Source of the DNA: Nitrososphaerota archaeon
GTDB taxonomy: Archaea; Thermoproteota; Nitrososphaeria; Nitrososphaerales; UBA57
Direction: 5' to 3'
Assembly (NCBI GenBank): GCA_002713205.1
Contig: PAVW01000009.1
Location: forward strand, 30,001-62,000
Length of the DNA stretch: 32,000 bases
Shown here in pieces: positions 16,098 through 24,159 of this stretch (its first letter is position 1; each line of letters begins with the position of its first letter). Position numbers and translations under genes: made by a program. Under the pieces are notes generated by a model that did no database searches, was not told the DNA's origin, and worked only from the letters and a program-made list of their open reading frames with translations.

Positions 16098-16736
16098 TTA
16101 TATTATTTCTGTCTCTTTCTGAATATTTCTATTTATTATCAATGAACTTTTTACTTTAGGTATCGGCGAATCTAATTTTACAACTCTAATTTTCATTTTA
16201 TTTTCCATAGCTAATTTTTTCAATCCAATCATATTGTGCTTTTGATCATAACCAATTGTGATTATATCCGGCTTGATTTTTTTTACTATATCGAAAATAT
16301 TCTTTTTACTTCCCACAAGTGCATGATCTACATATCTTATTGCAGATACCAGACTCGCTCTTTTTTTTTCATTATTTAATGGTTTTTTATTTTTTATTTT
16401 TTTAACACGTTTATCCGTTGCAATTGATACTATTAGTACATCTCCCATTTTTTTAGATTTTTTTAATGTATAGATGTGTCCCGGATGTATTATGTCATAT
16501 ACGCCTCCAGTTAAAACTACTGATATTTGTAAACGTCCTTTTTTTGTAATAAAATACGAATTATTTTTTTGTATGATGTATTTTTTTCCTTTTAAATTTT
16601 CTAATTTCTCCAATAAATGTTTTTTATCTATATTTGTTTGTTTTATTATTTTTTGAACTGTGGTTAATTTATTTAAATTATTGCAGAATATTAATCCAAG
16701 AATATTCTTATCATTATCTGAAATTTTTTTTACCAT
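16098..16736 (-). CDS. ribL: Cytidylyltransferase-family nucleotidyltransferase, probable FAD synthase (RibL-like), with an N-terminal wHTH-like extension
   Basis: GGVYDIIHPGHIYTLKKSKKMGDVLIVSIATD carries the HxGH motif, and the downstream RYVD motif is present. The ~70-aa N-terminal extension has a helix-turn-helix-plus-wing pattern (TTVQKIIKQTNIDKKHLLEKLENLKGKKYIIQ). The RibL assignment rests on family membership plus adjacency to ribK. Confidence 0.6.
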   Translation of the reverse strand: MVKKISDNDKNILGLIFCNNLNKLTTVQKIIKQTNIDKKHLLEKLENLKGKKYIIQKNNSYFITKKGRLQISVVLTGGVYDIIHPGHIYTLKKSKKMGDVLIVSIATDKRVKKIKNKKPLNNEKKRASLVSAIRYVDHALVGSKKNIFDIVKKIKPDIITIGYDQKHNMIGLKKLAMENKMKIRVVKLDSPIPKVKSSLIINRNIQKETEII

Positions 16737-16738
16737 TT

Positions 16739-17761
16739 TTATTTAATCTCTTTTAGAAAATGTAATGAGTCTAATAATCCTTCTGCATATCCTATGCTCA
16801 ATATAGCTAATTCGATTTTATCTTTTTCTTTAAACCTTTCCGAATCTTTAATATACGCTTCTGCATTATCAAATAATTCTTTATATTTTTTTGATTCTTT
16901 TGTTAATGTTTTCATTGAAGTTAATGTTTGACGAGTTTTTGGAATATATTTTTTTAGCATTTGACTTGATATTGCTATTGCTTTTTTTGAATTATTATTT
17001 ATGTTATTATTTTTTACTTTTAATATGGTTTTTAATGCTTCTTCTTCAGTGAAATGTAATTCTCCTGGAATTATTATGCTATGTGGTGGTTCGTTATATT
17101 TTTTATTACTTAATTCTTTAATTTGTCCTGCTTTAATACATTGATTTTTTGACCCTATTCTTGAAGCAATAATTATTATTGATTTATTTGTTAGTACATT
17201 TCTTTTTTGTTCTTTTTCTGTATTTTTTAATAATTTAATAGCTTTGTTTGGATCTAAATATTCATTTTTTTCGTTGTTAAATTCTAATAAAATTAATGAA
17301 TGAAGTTTAGAGACTAGATTATTGTGAATTGCATAATAGACTGATAATGGGGCTATTTCATGTTCCTTCATTAAACTCACAGTTCTTCCAAATTTATATG
17401 AATGTAATCCAGTTTCACCGGGTAAAACTGAAATAATTGAACTATTATGAAGTATTTTTGTTTTGATTCCCCTCTCTTCTGCTCGTAATCTTAGATCCAT
17501 GTGCGTGGTGGCAATCATTGGATCTCCATATGAAAGTAATGTTATGTTTTTCTTTCTAGCTTCATTTAATATTGTTGTTCCTGTTTCAACAAAATCTCTA
17601 CTCACTTCAATTATTTTATATTTTGTTTTGTATTTTTCTGTTACATTTATGGGGCTAGTATATTTTTCTAAATACACCTTGTTCGAATTCTTTAATATTT
17701 CATCAAGTTCAATTGTAATTGTTTTCCATTGACTTATCCCTAAACCTGCAAATATTAACAT
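16739..17761 (-). CDS. dphB: Diphthine synthase (Dph5/DphB) with a ~90-aa C-terminal extension
   Basis: MLIFAGLGIS...YLEKYTS...LSYGDPMIATTH...PPHSIIIPGELHFTEEEAL matches the tetrapyrrole-methylase-fold diphthine synthase. The canonical domain ends near aa 250, and an Asn-rich linker plus helical tail follows. Confidence 0.85.
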   Translation of the reverse strand: MLIFAGLGISQWKTITIELDEILKNSNKVYLEKYTSPINVTEKYKTKYKIIEVSRDFVETGTTILNEARKKNITLLSYGDPMIATTHMDLRLRAEERGIKTKILHNSSIISVLPGETGLHSYKFGRTVSLMKEHEIAPLSVYYAIHNNLVSKLHSLILLEFNNEKNEYLDPNKAIKLLKNTEKEQKRNVLTNKSIIIIASRIGSKNQCIKAGQIKELSNKKYNEPPHSIIIPGELHFTEEEALKTILKVKNNNINNNSKKAIAISSQMLKKYIPKTRQTLTSMKTLTKESKKYKELFDNAEAYIKDSERFKEKDKIELAILSIGYAEGLLDSLHFLKEIK

Positions 17762-17831
17762 ATTTTTCTAATTTATACTGAAGCGAAACTGTTATTATAA
17801 AAATCGTTTTTAAAAGAAATTGCGGGCTTTT

Positions 17832-17957
17832 GGGCCTGTGATATACATTTACAGGATGCTCAGCCAGGTAGAATTCTTGCCAAAAGCGGCTGGCTCTTAA
17901 CCAGATGTGTAATTTACACAGGTGAATAGGTCGTGGGTTCGAATCCCATCAGGCCCG
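17832..17957 (+). tRNA. tRNA-Lys (anticodon CUU at 17896-17898) with three predicted introns
   Basis: Acceptor is GGGCCTG (17832-38) paired with CAGGCCC (17950-56), plus G73. T arm is GTGGG-TTCGAAT-CCCAT. The fold requires removing three inserts. The first is 17 nt after position 9 (17841-17857, hairpin CCTGT/ACAGG). The second is 13 nt inside the D-stem 3' strand GA|GC (17873-17885). The third is 22 nt between CCAG and T43 (17905-17926, hairpin TGTGT/ACACA). The anticodon arm is GCTGG-CTCTTAA-CCAGT, and the mature form is 74 nt. Confidence 0.8.
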
Positions 17958-17994
17958 CATTTTTATATATTGATAATTGACTTGTTTTCTGAAT

Positions 17995-18168
17995 CTAATA
18001 GCTTGATTCTGCAGATGGTCTAAGATGTTTTTTCCATGTCTCTATCTTACAATTTTTACATTTATACAATGATTTTCCTTTTCTTCTCATAATATCGGTT
18101 TGTTGTATTACTGTATGTTCTGTTTTTGACATACACTTTCTACAATATCGGTTTTCATATTTTGTCAA
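17995..18168 (-). CDS. Small four-Cys zinc-ribbon protein (TFIIS C-terminal-type spacing); not in the supplied ORF track
   Basis: Manual translation of the minus strand gives (TTG)TKYENRYCRKCMSKTEHTVIQQTDIMRRKGKSLYKCKNCKIETWKKHLRPSAESSY*. The pattern is CxxC-x24-CxxC. The first CxxC lies upstream of the only ATG (18132), so a TTG (18168) or other non-ATG start is implied. It starts 15 nt downstream of the rfcS stop on the same strand. Confidence 0.45.
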   Translation of the reverse strand: MTKYENRYCRKCMSKTEHTVIQQTDIMRRKGKSLYKCKNCKIETWKKHLRPSAESSY

Positions 18169-18182
18169 GATGCATGAGTATA

Positions 18183-19136
18183 TTATATGGCTGCAATTTC
18201 AGCTAGTAATGCAGAAAGTTGGATTTCAGGATTTGCTCCCTGTATAATCCTATAATCATACTTTGCAAGAATTTTAATTATTTCTTCTATATTTTCGTTT
18301 TTATTTTTCATAATTTCTTCATTTGCAAATTTTAAGAAATCCTTTTCTGAGACTCCATATACATTATTTAATGTTATTAGTTTCTCTCGTGCTTCGCTAA
18401 ATTTTTTATTTATTGCAAGATTAATAATATCTATAATTTGTTTTTTATGAGATAAATTGTACGCTTTATTGATGTTTTTAATATCTAATTTTCCTGAAGT
18501 TGAACTTGATTGTAATAAATTGATAGCTGCTCTAAGATCTCCATTACTTATTTCATAAATCATTTTTATTGATTGATTGTCATACTTTATTTTTTCTTTT
18601 GAAGCAATTGTTTCTAGTTGTGTTGTTATGTACTTTTGTTCTAATTTTATAAAATGAAATATTGAACATCTACTTTGAATTGGTTGTATTATGTTTGAAA
18701 TATAATTTCCAATTAAAATAAATCTTGAACTTTTTGATGTTTCTTCCATTATTCTTCGTAATGCAGTTTGTGCATCATTTGTCATTTCATCAGCTTCATC
18801 TAAAATAATCATTTTAAATGGAACTTTTTCACGATTATCAGCATATCTGGCAAAATTTTTTATTCTTTGTCTTACAGTGTTTATCCCACGTTCATCAGAT
18901 GAATTTAAAAATATACTGTATTCTTGCCAATTTTTTCCAAGTATGTTCTTAGCTAATATTATTGCTAACGTTGTTTTTCCTGTTCCTGGCGGACCTGTAA
19001 ATAATAAATGCGGTATTGCATTTGGGGTTTTTAAGAATGGCCTTAATCTATCTATAATTGATTTTTGGTTAATTATTTGTGTGATATTTTCAGGTCGGTA
19101 TTTTTCTACCCACATTAAATTTTTGACATTTGACAA
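18183..19136 (-). CDS. rfcS: Replication factor C small subunit
   Basis: WVEKYRP, Walker A GPPGTGKTT, DEAD box ILDEADEMT, and SRC motif QSRCSIFHF are present. Length is 317 aa with no intein. Confidence 0.92.
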   Translation of the reverse strand: MSNVKNLMWVEKYRPENITQIINQKSIIDRLRPFLKTPNAIPHLLFTGPPGTGKTTLAIILAKNILGKNWQEYSIFLNSSDERGINTVRQRIKNFARYADNREKVPFKMIILDEADEMTNDAQTALRRIMEETSKSSRFILIGNYISNIIQPIQSRCSIFHFIKLEQKYITTQLETIASKEKIKYDNQSIKMIYEISNGDLRAAINLLQSSSTSGKLDIKNINKAYNLSHKKQIIDIINLAINKKFSEAREKLITLNNVYGVSEKDFLKFANEEIMKNKNENIEEIIKILAKYDYRIIQGANPEIQLSALLAEIAAI

Positions 19137-19360
19137 AACTAAAAAATAAAAGACATTTATCTCGTATAAATTGTTATTTATTATAATTATTTTAATTATT
19201 TTTTACTTTTTATCTATATATTTACCATAATATGCCATATAACTCATAAAATTTTATAATATGGTTATTATTCTAACCTATTTTATGTTAATTTTTTTTT
19301 GCTTATTGTAACAAAAAATTTTCCAGACATCCTTAAAGGATATTTATTGGTATTATTATT

Positions 19361-19921
19361 GTGTCAATTTCCCATGAAAAATCAATTGGTCGTGTAATCG
19401 AAGACATTAATCTAGAATCTGATTTGTCTAATGTTAAAGTTATTGCTAAGGCTAATATTGAAGAAATGCAAATTGGTTCATTTAATTTGGAACAAAAAGA
19501 TAAAGAAACAAAATTTGATATTCCTCGGTGGGTAGCTTCAATTTTGGTAGATAAGGGTTTAGTCGATTTTCTAGATACTGGAATTGAAATTGAGGTATTG
19601 ACAGCCGTGCATAAAGAAAAACTTCTTGGTAATTTACAATTATCTCCTTTACGTAAAGATTTTTACCCAAAAGTAAAATTATTATTAAATGATTGGAAGG
19701 CTAAGTTATCTAATAATCCTGATCTTAAAAATGAATATGATAAAATTTTCATTTCATGCTATGATCTTATGAATATTCGAATCAGTAAATTAATATCTCT
19801 TGCATCTCTATCACATCCCCCTGATGATCTATCGAATAAAATAACTCCAGAAGAACAGATATTATTTGATAAAACTCGTCAAGATATTCAAGAATGGAGA
19901 CATTCTATGCTAAGTGAATGA
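19361..19921 (+). CDS. gins23: GINS complex subunit (Gins23-like domain order)
   Basis: An N-terminal beta-rich segment with IPRWVASILVDKGLVDF (B-domain-like) is followed by a helical A-domain-like region (LRKDFYPKV...DLMNIRISKL). It lies immediately upstream of and overlapping mcm, as for Sulfolobus gins23. GTG start. Confidence 0.6.
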   Translation: MSISHEKSIGRVIEDINLESDLSNVKVIAKANIEEMQIGSFNLEQKDKETKFDIPRWVASILVDKGLVDFLDTGIEIEVLTAVHKEKLLGNLQLSPLRKDFYPKVKLLLNDWKAKLSNNPDLKNEYDKIFISCYDLMNIRISKLISLASLSHPPDDLSNKITPEEQILFDKTRQDIQEWRHSMLSE

Positions 19922-19922
19922 T

Positions 19923-21980
19923 ATGACCGAACAAACACATGCTAATATTAAAGATTTGTTTGAAACATTTCTCAAAAATTTTAAATCTAAAACTGGTGAA
20001 TTAAAATATCGTTCTATTATTTCTAAGATGGTCTCTGATAATTCTGAATCTTTATTGATTGATTTTAAAGATATTTTACAATATGATGATCAATTGTCTC
20101 GTCAGCTAATTGATGATCCAGATTCTATTTTATTGGATTTTAATAAAGCCGCATTTAACGCTTTATATTCAGAGAATCCTGAATATGCAGATGCTATTCG
20201 AGATACTTTACAAGTTCGATTTCATTCACTTATAGATCCTGTACCTCTTAGAAATATTACTACGGATGTTTTACATAAACTGATAGCTGTTGAAGGGATG
20301 GTGGTTCGAACATCAGAACTGAAACCCCGTGTTCTTGTTGCGTGTTTTATCTGTAAACATGGTCATCCTACATCTGAACCTCAATCTACTTCTACTCTTA
20401 CAAAACCTTTGACTTGTTCTGATTCTGATTGTTCGGAATCACGAATTTTTGATTTTGATGAAAAACGCTCTAAATTTCAGGATTTTCAGATTATTAGAAT
20501 TCAAGAGTTGCCTGAAGCTTTACCAGCCGGTCAGTTACCTCAAGCATTTGATGTAAATTTGTCTTCTGATTTGGTAAATCGTGCACGTCCTGGAGATCGT
20601 TTAACTCTTACCGGAATAATTAGAACTGAGGCTCAATTCTCTCGCGGAACTGACAAATTGACAATTTTTCGAACACGCATAGATGGAAATAATATAGATA
20701 TTGAAGCTAAAGGTCCTGAAGATATTGTACTTTCTCGTGAAGACGAAGAACAGATTAAGGAAATTGCTAAAACTGACAACGCTTATGAATTATTAATTAA
20801 TTCTATTGCACCATCTGTTCATGGCCTAGATACCCAAAAAGAAGCTATTCTTTTAATGCTTATTGGCGCGCCAAATAAAATATTGAAAGATCATACTTCG
20901 TTACGTGGTGATATTAATGTTCTATTTGTTGGTGATCCTGGAACTGCTAAGAGTGAATTATTGAAATACGCTTCTAGATTAGCTCCTCGTGGTCTTTACG
21001 CTTCTGGAAAGGGTTCTACTGCTGCAGGATTAACAGCTGCAGTTATTCGAGAACGTTCAGGAACTATGATGTTAGAAGCTGGTACTGTTGTTTTAGCTGA
21101 CCAAGGACTTGCATGCATTGATGAATTCGATAAAATGCGTTCTGAGGATCGATCTGCACTTCATGAAGCTATGGAACAACAAACTGTTAGTATTGCAAAA
21201 GGAGGTATTATTGCGACATTGAATGCAAGAACTGCAATATTAGCCGCCTCTAATCCTCAATTTGGCAAATATGATTCTAACCGAAATATCACCGAAAATA
21301 TTAATATTCCTCCTCCGTTATTGACTCGATTTGATTTAGTATTTGCTATTCATGATAGCCCGGAAAGAACAAAGGATACTAATCTTGCTCAATATATTTT
21401 AGATATTCATAAAACAGGAGAAATTACTAAATCTGTTCCAGTTGAATTTGATCTTCTTAAAAAATATATTATCTTTGCTAAACGTTTGGAACCTCAACTA
21501 AGTTCAGAAGCAGAACAAAAAATATTGGAATTTTATCTTTTAATGAGGCAAAGTGGCGCATCTGAAGAACAAATAACAGTTACTCCTCGTTCATTAGAAG
21601 GCCTAATACGTCTGTCTTCTGCTCGTGCTCGTTCTTTATTCCATGAAATTATTACTGAGGAAGATGCAATGCGTGGTATTAGTTTGATGAAACGAATGTT
21701 CGCAACAGTTGGAACTGATGTTGCTACAGGAAAGTTTGATTATGGTGTATTCCAAGGTAAAGCTCTCAGTGAAAGAAGCAAAACAGTTACAGCTCATGAA
21801 AAATTTCATGAAATGGAAAATAATTCTAAAGAGGGACTTGTTGACCGTGATGAATTTGTAAAAGAATTGGTTAATACAGGTAAATTCAAAGAAGGTGAAG
21901 CCGAAAAAATGTTTCAATCTATGGCTGATTCTGGACAAATATATAATGTCAGAAATAACTTTTATAGAAAGGTAAGATAG
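19923..21980 (+). CDS. mcm: MCM replicative helicase
   Basis: Zn motif CFICKHG...CSDSDCSE, Walker A GDPGTAKSE, Walker B CIDEFDKM, the arginine-finger SRFDL-type segment TRFDLVF, and a C-terminal wHTH are present. ATG 19923 lies 2 nt after the gins stop; the alternative GTG 19914 is used by the track. Confidence 0.95.
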   Translation: MTEQTHANIKDLFETFLKNFKSKTGELKYRSIISKMVSDNSESLLIDFKDILQYDDQLSRQLIDDPDSILLDFNKAAFNALYSENPEYADAIRDTLQVRFHSLIDPVPLRNITTDVLHKLIAVEGMVVRTSELKPRVLVACFICKHGHPTSEPQSTSTLTKPLTCSDSDCSESRIFDFDEKRSKFQDFQIIRIQELPEALPAGQLPQAFDVNLSSDLVNRARPGDRLTLTGIIRTEAQFSRGTDKLTIFRTRIDGNNIDIEAKGPEDIVLSREDEEQIKEIAKTDNAYELLINSIAPSVHGLDTQKEAILLMLIGAPNKILKDHTSLRGDINVLFVGDPGTAKSELLKYASRLAPRGLYASGKGSTAAGLTAAVIRERSGTMMLEAGTVVLADQGLACIDEFDKMRSEDRSALHEAMEQQTVSIAKGGIIATLNARTAILAASNPQFGKYDSNRNITENINIPPPLLTRFDLVFAIHDSPERTKDTNLAQYILDIHKTGEITKSVPVEFDLLKKYIIFAKRLEPQLSSEAEQKILEFYLLMRQSGASEEQITVTPRSLEGLIRLSSARARSLFHEIITEEDAMRGISLMKRMFATVGTDVATGKFDYGVFQGKALSERSKTVTAHEKFHEMENNSKEGLVDRDEFVKELVNTGKFKEGEAEKMFQSMADSGQIYNVRNNFYRKVR

Positions 21981-21990
21981 TATTTACAGC

Positions 21991-24159
21991 TTGGAAATCT
22001 CGTCTCTGCCTCTTCAAAAATCTTATATTGACTTCTTAAACTCCTTAGGATTCAAAGTTCTATATCCACCACAACAAGAATGTATAACCCAGGGTGTTTT
22101 AGATCATAAAAATTTTCTAGTTTCTACTCCTACTGCAAGTGGTAAAACATTGGTTGCTATGCTTACCAGCTTGAATTATTTATATAATGGTGGGAAAGTG
22201 GTTTATCTATCGCCTCTTAGGGCTCTCGCACATGAAAAATTCATTGAATTTAAAAAACTTGAAACCTTATCTAAATCTAATTCTGAAAAAATTAAAGTCT
22301 TAATTTCTACTGGAGATTTTCAATCTAATAGTGAATATTTAAAATATGCTGATTTATTGGTTTTAACTAATGAAAAATTTGATTCACTTTTACGACATAA
22401 TGTAGACTGGTTAAATCAAATTAAATTATTTATTATTGATGAAATTCATTTAATTGGAGATTCATATAGAGGTTCTACACTTGAAATGATAATAGCGAAT
22501 ATACTTAATTGGGACCAAAATATTCAAATTCTCGGTTTAAGTGCTACAGTTAATAATATTGAAGAAATTTCAACTTGGCTAAATGCTGATTATGTTAATT
22601 CAAACTGGCGACCTGTCCCTTTAATTGAAGGAATTTATAATTATGGACAAATTGACTTTAACAACGGTGATGTCTCTCCTATAAAAATTTCCAAATCTGG
22701 AGTGCCTGCTGATCTTGCTATTGACGCATTACGGCACAATGCTCAATCTATAATTTTTACTGAAACACGTCGACGAGCTGCTAGTATTTCTAAATCACTT
22801 GAAAAAATGACTTCTACATTTCTTAATACTAATGATTTATCGAATCTAAACACCTTATCTGAAGATCTCTTTTCTAAAGGTAACAACACTGAATTTGATA
22901 GAACTTTATCTCGAATGATAAAAAATGGTGTTGCCTTTCATCATGCAGGACTGACATCTTATCAACGCGAAATTATTGAAACAGGCTTTCGAGAACGGCA
23001 TATTAAAATTATTTCTGCTACTCCTACTCTGGCAGCTGGAGTAAATCTTCCTGCTCAAAGAGTTATAATTTCAAGTTATTTACGATATGACGTAAAAAAA
23101 GGTCAAATGATTCCTCTCTCAGTTATGGAATACAAACAAATGTGTGGCCGTGCTGGCCGACCACAATTTGATAGTAAAGGTGAAACTATTCTAATTGCTT
23201 CTAGCGACAATGAAAAAGATGCTTTGTTCGATAATTATATTAATGGTCATCCAGAAAATCTTCGATCTTCTCTTGTTGAATTTAGTTCGATATGTAATCA
23301 TGTTTTGGGTTCTATAACAAGTAATCGCGGTTTATCAAAAGATCAGTTGTTTCGATTATTTGATAAAACTCTTTATTCAATTCAGTCAGATAATCAAATT
23401 TTATCAGATAATGTTGATCGTTCTTTAGCTTATTTATTGGAAGAAGATCTAATTCGCGAAGGAAGAGATAAATATGTACCAACTTCGTTTGGTAGGCAAA
23501 TATCTCGTTTATATATAAATCCAATTACCGGGGTTCATTTTCGAAATTCAATTTTTAATGCAAAACGAAATCAAAATTATCTTATTGGATTATTATACAC
23601 TGTGGTCTCTTCAACTGATTTTGGCATATCTTTTTCTACCCGGAAAAAAGATTTCTATCGAATCGATAATTTTTTATCTGAACATAATGATGATTTTCTT
23701 GAGCCTATAATTATTGATGATTATTCCTCTAATGATCAATTTTTGCGCTCTTTTAGAAGTTTAGATTTATTAAATTGTTGGATTAGTGAATGGAACGATG
23801 ATAAAATATTGAAAAATTTAGATATTCAACCTGGTGATTTGTATAGGGCAGTTGAAAATGCAAAATGGCTTATTCATGCTATTTCAAAGATTGCAGAATT
23901 ATTTCAAAAGAATTTTTTACTACCACAAATTTATGAATTAAATATTCGTTTAAGTTATGGTATAAAAAAAGAATTAATTGAATTAATTCGTTTAAAACAG
24001 ATAGGCAGAATTCGTGCTAGGGCATTATATAATGCTGGATACAAAAATCTAAATATTATTAATGATGTTACGGTTATTCGTTTATCTCAAGTCCCACAAA
24101 TTGGAAAATCTATCGCTCAAAATATTAAAGAGCAATTAAAGGATTTAGAATTAAATTGA
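21991..24159 (+). CDS. hel308: Hel308-type (Ski2-like) ATP-dependent DNA helicase
   Basis: LYPPQQE, motif I PTASGKTL, motif II DEIH, motif III SAT, HHAGL and GRAGRP are present, with a C-terminal helix-hairpin-helix region. Length is 722 aa. TTG start. Confidence 0.9.
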   Translation: MEISSLPLQKSYIDFLNSLGFKVLYPPQQECITQGVLDHKNFLVSTPTASGKTLVAMLTSLNYLYNGGKVVYLSPLRALAHEKFIEFKKLETLSKSNSEKIKVLISTGDFQSNSEYLKYADLLVLTNEKFDSLLRHNVDWLNQIKLFIIDEIHLIGDSYRGSTLEMIIANILNWDQNIQILGLSATVNNIEEISTWLNADYVNSNWRPVPLIEGIYNYGQIDFNNGDVSPIKISKSGVPADLAIDALRHNAQSIIFTETRRRAASISKSLEKMTSTFLNTNDLSNLNTLSEDLFSKGNNTEFDRTLSRMIKNGVAFHHAGLTSYQREIIETGFRERHIKIISATPTLAAGVNLPAQRVIISSYLRYDVKKGQMIPLSVMEYKQMCGRAGRPQFDSKGETILIASSDNEKDALFDNYINGHPENLRSSLVEFSSICNHVLGSITSNRGLSKDQLFRLFDKTLYSIQSDNQILSDNVDRSLAYLLEEDLIREGRDKYVPTSFGRQISRLYINPITGVHFRNSIFNAKRNQNYLIGLLYTVVSSTDFGISFSTRKKDFYRIDNFLSEHNDDFLEPIIIDDYSSNDQFLRSFRSLDLLNCWISEWNDDKILKNLDIQPGDLYRAVENAKWLIHAISKIAELFQKNFLLPQIYELNIRLSYGIKKELIELIRLKQIGRIRARALYNAGYKNLNIINDVTVIRLSQVPQIGKSIAQNIKEQLKDLELN

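Noticed and set aside
17822-17839. Possible 8-nt intron in the acceptor stem of tRNA-Lys(CUU) (GCGGGC-ttttgggc-CTG)
   Set aside because: Eight nucleotides is too short for a BHB substrate, and GGGCCTG at 17832 already provides a complete acceptor strand. It was kept only as a leader-complementarity note.
19137-19360. AT-rich rfcS/gins divergent spacer as a replication origin; 13-nt palindrome ATCCTT-A-AAGGAT at 19329-19341
   Set aside because: There are no repeated ORB or mini-ORB-like elements, no G-string motifs and no adjacent orc1/cdc6. A single 6-bp-arm palindrome is expected by chance, so the spacer is more simply two divergent promoters.
14687-19670. Short ORFs 14687-14920, 14921-15103, 16474-16656, 17463-17732, 18877-19149 and 19482-19670
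   Set aside because: Each overlaps a better-supported gene on the opposite strand (hjc, ribL-like, dphB, rfcS, gins) and lacks any recognisable motif.
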